Source: Hyperthermus butylicus DSM 5456 (GTDB lineage Archaea > Thermoproteota > Thermoprotei_A > Sulfolobales > Pyrodictiaceae). Taken from it: a stretch of DNA of 32,000 nt. The stretch is from NCBI RefSeq assembly GCF_000015145.1, contig NC_008818.1:1590001-1622000 (forward strand), read 5' to 3'. A program made the translations under genes and the position numbers. Below are positions 26,479 through 32,000 of the stretch, one piece after another; position 1 is the first letter of the stretch; every line of letters begins with the position of its first letter. Below the pieces are notes generated by a model. It was not told the origin of the DNA and made no database searches. It worked only from the letters and a program-made list of their open reading frames with translations.

Positions 26479-26722
26479 CAACAACATCAGCTATATCCTC
26501 CAGGGAGACCCCGACAAACACGCCTCGAGACCCAGCATCTAGGATTCTCCCACGGATGCATCCCACACTATCACAGCCAATAGCAGCCTCCTCAACAGCC
26601 TCAACGACATCCTCTGGATACACGAAAAAATCTCCCGCCACAACAAGCCGGGCAACCCTACACCCATCCGAAACCTCCAACACAACCTCCAACGTCTTAC
26701 CGCCGGAAACGCGTTCCACCAT
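26441..26722 (-). CDS. Stand-alone lipoate-protein ligase C-terminal domain protein (LplB-like)
   Basis: MVERVSGGKTLEVVLEVSDGCRVARLVVAGDFFVYPEDVVEAVEEAAIGCD...GVSLEDIADVV matches my recollection of the LplA C-terminal accessory domain (xGDFF...P). The track ORF (to 26839) runs into the tRNA gene, so I chose the ATG at 26722. Confidence 0.55.
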   Translation of the reverse strand: MVERVSGGKTLEVVLEVSDGCRVARLVVAGDFFVYPEDVVEAVEEAAIGCDSVGCIRGRILDAGSRGVFVGVSLEDIADVVAKAFRELCGEGG

Positions 26723-26805
26723 AACCACACGCCTAGTCAAAACAAAGCCACCTACACACCAAGAGGCAGCCACAGAGGAGAAGAAGCGCCAAGAAGCCGA
26801 GCTAA

Positions 26806-26934
26806 TGGTGCCGCCGCCGGGACTTGAACCCGGGACCACCGGATCCCCCAGGGACCCCCGAGGCCGACTCCGGGGCTGTGGACCGGGGAGCCCCGTATGA
26901 GTCCGGCGCTCTGACCGCGCTGAGCTACGGCGGC
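26806..26934 (-). tRNA. tRNA with CAU anticodon (elongator Met or Ile2), 51-nt intron at 37/38, encoded CCA
   Basis: The reverse complement reads GCCGCCG-TA-GCTC..GAGC-G-CCGGA-CTCATA-[51-nt intron]-A-TCCGG-TGGTC-CCGGG-TTCAAGT-CCCGG-CGGCGGC-A-CCA. It is not initiator-like: no AGCGGG acceptor and no GGG/CCC anticodon stem. Confidence 0.85.
26845..26895 (-). other. tRNA intron (canonical 37/38 position)
   Basis: A GC-rich 51-nt insert (CGGGGCTCCCCGGTCCACAGCCCCGGAGTCGGCCTCGGGGGTCCCTGGGGG) lies between anticodon-loop position 37 and the 3' half of the anticodon stem. Confidence 0.8.
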
Positions 26935-26991
26935 ACCACTGGCCGGCGGCGGCTAGCCATTTAGACTCAAAATAACTACCCCTAGTAGGGG

Positions 26992-27222
26992 TTATTCATT
27001 CTTTCCCTCTAGCACACCCAACTCAACAAGAACCCGGGCAACACGCTCCACAACACCAGCATCAACGGAGGGATGCAGAGAACGGTATATCGTCACCAAC
27101 TCACCCACATCCCTAGCCATCCAGCTAAGCCTCAACAACCCAACCAGCACAGCTAAATACAACCCACTATCCGCAATACTGCCGCTATCGCCAAAGCCTC
27201 GTAGCACGGCAACACTAGCCAA
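26992..27222 (-). CDS. Hypothetical small protein (possibly only the 42-aa part from the ATG at 27120)
   Basis: ORF with the same G/T-rich codon style as neighbouring minus-strand genes. ARDVGELVTIYRSLHPSVDAGVVERVARVLVELGVLEG looks helical / wHTH-like. No family recognised. Confidence 0.3.
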   Translation of the reverse strand: MASVAVLRGFGDSGSIADSGLYLAVLVGLLRLSWMARDVGELVTIYRSLHPSVDAGVVERVARVLVELGVLEGKNE

Positions 27223-27350
27223 GCCCTAAACCCCGAGAGGAGAGGGCATGCCGCACAGCGATAGGCTGCAACATCATAGAGTTTACAGAGCACCACAAAC
27301 CAATGTAATAACACCACAAGTACAAGAGTAGCACCCCACCACAGAAACAT
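27153..27350 (-). CDS. Hypothetical small membrane protein (65 aa)
   Basis: Internal ATG of the track ORF 27153..27485, whose 5' part is antisense to tRNA-Gln. MFLWWGATLVLVVLLHWFVVL... gives two hydrophobic segments. It overlaps the previous ORF, so at most one start model is right. Confidence 0.25.
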   Translation of the reverse strand: MFLWWGATLVLVVLLHWFVVLCKLYDVAAYRCAACPLLSGFRAWLVLPCYEALAIAAVLRIVGCI

Positions 27351-27395
27351 AGAAAAACCCCACACAATAAAGCACCAGCCATATACATGGCGGGT

Positions 27396-27471
27396 AGCCG
27401 GGTCGTCTAGCGGCCAAGGATGCGGGGCTCTGGCCCCCGTGACCGGGGTTCGAATCCCCGCCCGGCTACCA
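27396..27471 (+). tRNA. tRNA-Gln (anticodon CUG), encoded CCA
   Basis: AGCCGGG-TC-GTCT..GGAT-G-CGGGG-CTCTGGC-CCCCG-TGAC-CGGGG-TTCGAAT-CCCCG-CCCGGCT-A-CCA. Confidence 0.9.
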
Positions 27472-27548
27472 TTCCTTTCATCCAATTAACACTGTCCGTG
27501 GAGAGTAGTATCATCATACACGCTTTTGGCTTCTGGGTTTTGTCTTCA

Positions 27549-28110
27549 TTACCTGTGATTAGGCATCTTCGCAAGTAGCTCTGCTAGTTTTAGAGCTGAG
27601 AGCACAGTTGCTTTGAATGGTCTACTGCTTGTGCTAAGCCTCTTCGGGTCCGCATTAATGTCGGCAGGGACTGCCTTCACGTTTGGCATCAGCCTTCCAA
27701 TGTTTGTAACTCCTACAAGATGTGTTGAAGGCGGGACCGGGCACGACCGTGTGGTGGGCTTCCTCCACGGCTAGGTATAGGAGGGGCTTGCTGTCTGGCC
27801 GCCTCCTCTGGAGCAGGTAGGAGGCAACCAGCTGGGCGTATAGGCTGCGGTGGCGGGGCGGGAGCCCGCTGAGATCCACCGCGTAAACCGTGCCGGCACG
27901 GGGCCTGCAGGGATCCAGCTTCTTGCCCTGCCCCGGGCTCGAGAAGCTCCAGTACGGGCCGGATGCTCCACAGCCGGCGCACCAGCGCGTAGATACTGTT
28001 TCTAACGTCGCTCCTCTGCTCACACCCAGCCATCCCCTCGAGCTCCCCCACGAGGGCCTCGATGCGCCTCCGGGTCCTCGACAAGGCCCTGACCAGCCGC
28101 CGGAGGGAAG
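27549..28110 (-). pseudogene. 5'-truncated, frameshifted remnant of a HerA/DUF87-like P-loop ATPase
   Basis: Two overlapping minus-strand frames join by eye into ...RRIEALVGELEGMAGCEQRSDVRNSIYALVRRLWSIRPVLELLEPG / KKLDPCRPRAGTVYAVDLSGLPPRHRSLYAQLVASYLLQRRRPDSKPLLYLAVEEAHHTVVP. The VDLSGL...(hydrophobic)EEAH pattern is the Walker-B region of HerA/DUF87-type ATPases. No Walker A is present, because the frame closes near 28110. Confidence 0.45.
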
Positions 28111-28233
28111 ATTGTCATGTGCACTAGCATGAAAGAAGGTGAAGGTTTTGAAAAGAGTTGTTTTTCACTATGCTCCTCCAGGGGTCGGGGCGCGCCGGAG
28201 ACCAGGGCCGTAGAGACTGAAATACAGTGCAGT

Positions 28234-28530
28234 ATGCTAGACTCACTATGCAGTACTCCGGCAAAAATACTAGGTGGCTTCACTAATACCTGTCCGATAC
28301 CGAGAATCAGGAAAAGCTACGCAGCAGCTTGCGGAATGCTAGCATTCATTTATGGTGACGGAATCATAGAAGTGTGCTTAACATCTACGGGGAGAAAATG
28401 GGCTGCCGTTAGAGTAAACAGCCTTCGACCTTCAACACTGTTTGCTGGAATTGCTTGGATACTACCATTTACCAGTAAAAGAAGCCATGGCAGCCTATTT
28501 TGTAATAGGGGGGTTGCGGTACAAGCATGA
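28234..28530 (+). CDS. LAGLIDADG endonuclease-like, N-terminal half (first motif)
   Basis: Track ORF 28117..28530 contains AAACGMLAFIYGDGIIEV, a plausible first LAGLIDADG motif. It ends in ATGA, overlapping the next ORF. I guessed the start at the ATG 28234. Confidence 0.4.
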   Translation: MLDSLCSTPAKILGGFTNTCPIPRIRKSYAAACGMLAFIYGDGIIEVCLTSTGRKWAAVRVNSLRPSTLFAGIAWILPFTSKRSHGSLFCNRGVAVQA

Positions 28531-29174
28531 CTTTTAAAGCAGTACTTGACCTAAAAGCCCTAGAAAGCTACAGCCTAACAGGCATACTAGGAGTAAAACC
28601 AGGCATCAAAGAGGATTTATTGAAATGCCTCAAAATAGATGAAGGCCTATTCAGTGTTGTTGCAGGCCTCATAGACTCTGAAGGCCATGTAAGAAAGAAG
28701 GCCCGGATAATAGAAATAGGAATGAAGGATGAGGACCTACTAGAAGCCATTGCTGAAGCTCTAAATAACAAAGGTATTATAGTGACTAGTGGCCCCAGGA
28801 AGATGGCCAAAGTATCAATGATAGAGATCAAGGTGGACAAAAATGCCAGACCAATCATTGAGAATATGCTAAACCCCGATAAGCGGCTAACAGCAATGCG
28901 AATGCTCGCGGACAATAGTGTAACACGAACAAAGCTATACCAGCATGCTCTCAGAGAACTCGTATGGCTGCTTGAAAGAAAAAGAAAACTACCCAAGCAA
29001 CGCTGCAAAGAATGCGCCAATACAGTACTACAGGAAGCGCGGGCCCTGGTCTCCGCGGGCCTAGAGCCCGCAGAAAGCAAGGGTGGAGAATCTAACTCCA
29101 CCCCTACCTCTCTACATGTCTTTAATACTACATCACCAACCATATATGCAAAAGCTGTCTCTGCCACAGTTTGA
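28527..29174 (+). CDS. LAGLIDADG endonuclease-like, C-terminal half (second motif)
   Basis: LFSVVAGLIDSEGHVRKKARIIEIGMKDEDLLEAIAEALNNKGIIV is a clear LAGLIDADG-type motif plus the following beta/alpha pattern. It is visibly more AT-rich than the flanks. Confidence 0.6.
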   Translation: MTFKAVLDLKALESYSLTGILGVKPGIKEDLLKCLKIDEGLFSVVAGLIDSEGHVRKKARIIEIGMKDEDLLEAIAEALNNKGIIVTSGPRKMAKVSMIEIKVDKNARPIIENMLNPDKRLTAMRMLADNSVTRTKLYQHALRELVWLLERKRKLPKQRCKECANTVLQEARALVSAGLEPAESKGGESNSTPTSLHVFNTTSPTIYAKAVSATV

Positions 29175-29262
29175 TCGAAGTAGCAAGTGGAGATAATTAA
29201 GAAAAAGCTTAAACCCCGCTTAACCCTCCATAGGAATCACACACGGCTGAGCACACGCTGGT

Positions 29263-29339
29263 GGGGCCGTCGTCTAGCTTGGCAGGATGCGGGGCTTGGG
29301 CCCCCGTGGTCCGGGGTTCAAATCCCCGCGGCCCCACCA
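29263..29339 (+). tRNA. tRNA-Pro (anticodon UGG), encoded CCA
   Basis: GGGGCCG-TC-GTCT..GGAT-G-CGGGG-CTTGGGC-CCCCG-TGGTC-CGGGG-TTCAAAT-CCCCG-CGGCCCC-A-CCA. Confidence 0.9.
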
Positions 29340-29767
29340 CTAAACCCTTATGTGTCCTCCCAACTTCCCTCTTAGTCCTGAGGTGCCAGTCTCCCGATTG
29401 TTGACACACTTGTTTGTTGTTCTTGATTTGACGCCACATGCTCCCGGCATGTGTTGTTCTGGTACCTAGTCGTGTAAAGTGGGCGGATCCCGTGTCTCGT
29501 GATGCCATGCATGGCTCAGGATTAACCGAGGCTCTCGGCCGAGATGTGCTTCCCCAGGAATGATAGAGCTGATTAGTTACTGATCAATATAACCTAATGA
29601 AGTCCCAGGTCTCTGTCTATGTGCTTCTTCTCCCTGGCTAGGCTTGTTACTTTATCGCTTTCGACTAGATGAGGTGGGTTATTGGGTTATGATGGTTATG
29701 GGTGCTGGGGGTGTTGAGCCCGGGGGTAAGCCCATATTGGGTTGCTGGGGCGATATGTTCTGTGGGG

Positions 29768-29989
29768 ATGTTTGACACGGTGTCTAGGGTTATCCGTGTG
29801 AGATTTGAGAAGGGGGTGTTCAAGCCCCTGGACCGGGTTGACTTTAGGGAGGGTGAGGAGCTAGTAGTGTTTGTGAGGAGGTGTAGGGTGCGGGAGGTAC
29901 TGGACAAGTACGTTGGACTGTTCGGTGAGGCCACTGTTGAGGAGCTTGAGGAGGAGGAAGCCCAGGTGCAGCGGCCAAGGCATTCATAG
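29768..29989 (+). CDS. DUF104 (AF2212-like) antitoxin-family protein
   Basis: MFDTVSRVIRVRFEKGVFKPLDRVDFREGEELVVFV matches the DUF104 signature (yenGVFKPL..V.L.EGE.V). Acidic tail. I chose the start at the ATG 29768 within track ORF 29702..29989. Confidence 0.65.
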   Translation: MFDTVSRVIRVRFEKGVFKPLDRVDFREGEELVVFVRRCRVREVLDKYVGLFGEATVEELEEEEAQVQRPRHS

Positions 29990-30180
29990 GCACAAACATG
30001 ATTCTACAACCTACTCTCCGAAACAAGGCTCACTTCTCTATACTCTTGGCTGGCGCCGGTAGGCCTGGCATATGGCGGCGTGATATTTCGCAGGTAACTA
30101 TCGGAGAACCGTTAATCGTTGTTCGGAAGTGTAGGTTGGGGTCTAGCGTTAGGGTTATGGGAGTTTGTTGTATTTTGGAT

Positions 30181-30513
30181 ATGGCGGAGATATTGTGGTG
30201 GATTGGTTTGACTAGCTTGCTGCATAGGGTGTCTAAGGTACTTGGTGTTGAGGCTGGTGTTTTGGAGAGGGAGGCTCTGTATCGATACATTTTATCCGAG
30301 CTTAGGCGTGTTAGGTTAGAGGCTAAGCTCATTATGGCTCGGTATGGCGTGTCAAGTATAGAGGAGTTGGACGAGAGGATTAGACGGGGTGAACTGGAGG
30401 AAACAGAGGTCTTTGAGGATCTTACCCGCCTTGATTACCTGCTTGACCGGGAAGAGAGGTTGAAGAGGCTTTTGGAAGAGCTAAGGGGTTGGGGGAGTGG
30501 GAGAACGCGGTAA
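30181..30513 (+). CDS. Hypothetical helical protein, upstream partner of the DUF6516-like gene
   Basis: 110-aa reading from the ATG at 30181 (MAEILWW...ARYGVSSIEELDERIRRGELEETEVFEDLTRLDYLLDREERLKRLLEEL). It overlaps the next ORF by 17 nt. No family recognised. Confidence 0.4.
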   Translation: MAEILWWIGLTSLLHRVSKVLGVEAGVLEREALYRYILSELRRVRLEAKLIMARYGVSSIEELDERIRRGELEETEVFEDLTRLDYLLDREERLKRLLEELRGWGSGRTR

Positions 30514-30847
30514 TGTAGACGAAATACTTGAGAGGCTTAGGGAGTTTGCTGCTAATTTGTATCCTGAGGTGGTTGTAGACGTAGAAATAGTGTATGGTAA
30601 GCTAAGAATATACCTTATCGACGAGAGTTTCATCGATGTATGGATTTCACGAAGACTACCTAATAGATATGCTATACATTGGAAGAGACGTCATATAGAT
30701 GGCACTATATACCGATGGGATAATACGCCGCATGAAATAAATAGGCACATACCGACATTTCCTCATCACTTCCATGAGGGGAACGACCGCGTGGTAAACC
30801 TTTCTATTACCCTGAAAGTATTGAAGACGCGCTTAAGAAGGCTTTAG
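30497..30847 (+). CDS. DUF6516-like protein (family that some pipelines label TumE-like toxin); C-terminus probably frameshifted
   Basis: YAIHWKRRHIDGTIYRWDNTPHEINRHIPTFPHHFHEGNDRVV matches my recollection of the DUF6516 core (RWDNaPHh...fPhHkH). After about 30797 the -1 frame reads PFYYPESIEDALKKALEYVKKRIGQQ* (to 30879), which looks more native than the in-frame tail. Confidence 0.55.
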   Translation: MGERGNVDEILERLREFAANLYPEVVVDVEIVYGKLRIYLIDESFIDVWISRRLPNRYAIHWKRRHIDGTIYRWDNTPHEINRHIPTFPHHFHEGNDRVVNLSITLKVLKTRLRRL

Positions 30848-31397
30848 AATACGTAAAGAAGAGGATTGGACAACAATAGCAGGGTAAAACTAAAAACTAG
30901 ATTGAAAGAGTGCCTATCACTAATAGACTTACCTTTGAGGGTTCAGGGGTAACTCCTGGATGGCGGCAGCCGATTAGTAAGATAATAATCATGTAGCTGT
31001 GGTATGGCAACGGCCGATAATGTTGGAGCCGCAATATACTGTGGCAGAGTGTTTCATTGTCTGGGAAGGCTGGAGCGGGGGTGCTGCGTAGAGGGGAGCC
31101 GCCAAAATCTCGATTATGCGCCCATCACGTAAGTGGATTGTGGTGTCTAGAGTTCTTCCAGTTAGGGTTGCGAGAATACCAGCCGGGACAATAGAGGAAG
31201 AGTAAGAGGTAGCGGATAGAATTACTGTCCTGCTCTATGATTTACTGATCAGTATGTTTACATAGTGCCTCATTCTTGCTGTACTTGTCATTGTTGTAGG
31301 TTTTAGCACGTCTGCCTCTTGTGTGTTGCCTTGGCTGGATAGCACTCTTTATCCTGTTGCTGGTAGCTGCTGTGGTGCTTGGGGTTGGGTTTTCTTG

Positions 31398-32000
31398 TTG
31401 CGTGTCGGTATCGATGTTGGGGGCACCTTTACCGACATTGTCGTGTTTGATGAGGAGTCGGGGAGGCTTGTTGCTGGCAAGGTTTTGACGGTGCCTCGTG
31501 AACCTTGGCGTGGTGTTTTGGGGGCCTTTGATGCTCTTGGTGTTAGGGTTTCGGATGTCGGAGTGTTTGTTCACGCTACCACGCTTGGCACTAACATGTT
31601 TCTAGGCCAGGTTGGTATTGAGCCGCCTGTCGCTGTGCTCATTACTAATGCTGGGTTCCGCGACGTTATCGAGATTGGCCGTCAGAATAGGGCTGAGCTT
31701 TACAACCTGTTCTTCGAGAAGCCCCAGCCGTTGGTGCCGAGGTCTAGGAGGTTTGGTGTCAGGGGCAGGGTTAGCGCCCGGGGAGAGGAGCTGGAGCCGC
31801 TGGATGTAGGGGCTGTTAGGCGTATTGCTCGCGAGTGGTGTGGCCGTGCGAAAGTGTTTATCATCTCCTTCCTACACTGCTACGCCAACGATGCGCATGA
31901 GAGGCTTGCGGCGAGGGTCGTCCGCGAAGAGTGTCCCGGCGCCGAAGTTGTTACCGGCTGTGAGGTTGACCCGGAGCCTGGCGAGTTCGAGCGCACTAGC
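31398..32000 (+). CDS. hyuA: Hydantoinase/oxoprolinase A-type protein (HyuA / acetone carboxylase beta family), 3' end outside window
   Basis: Absent from the track because it has no stop in the window. My translation from the TTG at 31398 is MRVGIDVGGTFTDIVVFDEESGRLVAGKVLTVP...VFVHATTLGTNMFLGQVGIEPPVAVLITNAGFRDVIEIGRQNR...FIISFLHCYANDAHERLAA, a typical hydantoinase_A N-terminal region. Confidence 0.85.
   Translation, partial: MRVGIDVGGTFTDIVVFDEESGRLVAGKVLTVPREPWRGVLGAFDALGVRVSDVGVFVHATTLGTNMFLGQVGIEPPVAVLITNAGFRDVIEIGRQNRAELYNLFFEKPQPLVPRSRRFGVRGRVSARGEELEPLDVGAVRRIAREWCGRAKVFIISFLHCYANDAHERLAARVVREECPGAEVVTGCEVDPEPGEFERTS

Noticed and set aside
26274-26900. 208-aa + strand ORF spanning the pcp 3' end, the LplB-like gene and the CAU tRNA
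   Set aside because: It is Pro/Ser/Thr-rich low complexity. It is out of frame with pcp and antisense to a better-supported gene and a tRNA.
27481-27600. Possible C/D-box sRNA downstream of tRNA-Gln (TGATGA on the minus strand near 27510; GTGATTA...CTGA on the + strand at 27553-27597)
   Set aside because: The boxes are imperfect, no paired C'/D' set or terminal stem was found, and the region is better explained as the 3' end of the ATPase remnant.
28568-29167. 199-aa minus-strand ORF antisense to the LAGLIDADG ORF
   Set aside because: The + strand reading carries the recognisable LAGLIDADG motif. The antisense translation is Ser/Leu-rich with no motif.
29571-31262. Similar words GATTAGTTACTGATCAATAT (about 29571-29590) and GATTTACTGATCAGTAT (about 31240-31256) flanking the TA-like genes, considered as direct repeats of an insertion
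   Set aside because: The match is only about 14 nt with a mismatch. By rough estimate, dozens of such matches are expected by chance among all position pairs in 32 kb. The second copy is simply a 12-bp palindrome (TACTGATCAGTA).
31242-31809. ORFs 31242..31574 (-) and 31612..31809 (+)
   Set aside because: Both overlap or are out of frame with the clear hydantoinase-A-type reading frame that starts at about 31398 and runs off the window.
1-32000. CRISPR arrays, rRNA genes, IS elements or transposases, and integrases
   Set aside because: I saw no regularly spaced direct repeats, no rRNA-like sequence, no terminal inverted repeats bounding a transposase-like ORF, and no tyrosine-recombinase-like motifs in any frame I inspected.

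Overview
This 32-kb window looks like a chromosome segment from a hyperthermophile-type crenarchaeon. The proteins look Desulfurococcales-like, but I cannot verify the taxon without a database search.

Positions 1 to about 22.5 kb are tightly packed core informational genes, mostly on the + strand:
- uS7, EF-1alpha, uS10 and tRNA-Ser(GGA).
- A ParB/Srx-fold ORF followed by an O-phosphoserine-sulfhydrylase-like PLP enzyme.
- A few metabolic and hypothetical genes, tRNA-Glu(CUC) and Nep1.
- A long translation cluster: Rpp21, YhbY-like, eS19, PDCD5-like, eL39, eL31, aIF6, LX, prefoldin alpha, FtsY, SecE, Spt5, uL11, uL1 and P0.
- AlaRS and a DUF434-type protein.

From tRNA-Arg (22.56 kb) to about 31.4 kb the character changes. 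Four tRNA genes (Arg, an intron-containing CAU tRNA, Gln, Pro) are interspersed with gene debris:
- A GlcD C-terminal stub and a multiply disrupted GlcF-like gene.
- A triply frameshifted nitroreductase.
- A 5'-truncated P-loop ATPase remnant.
- A split double-motif LAGLIDADG endonuclease-like gene.
- A DUF104 antitoxin-like gene with a possible PIN remnant.
- An overlapping two-gene TA-like cassette.

Intact genes in this zone include a PPC/DUF296 protein, pyroglutamyl peptidase and a stand-alone lipoate-ligase C-terminal domain. The window ends inside a hydantoinase/oxoprolinase-A-type gene.

I saw no CRISPR array, rRNA, transposase or integrase, and no convincing novel multi-gene system. 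The items most worth follow-up are:
1. The ParB-like ORF plus OPSS pair, in which the OPSS N-terminus looks like a degenerate copy of the ParB-like domain.
2. The DUF434 N-terminal region, which has no start codon and overlaps the alaS stop.
3. The split LAGLIDADG gene next to a truncated ATPase, between two tRNAs.
4. The overlapping DUF6516-like cassette, which has a C-terminal frameshift.
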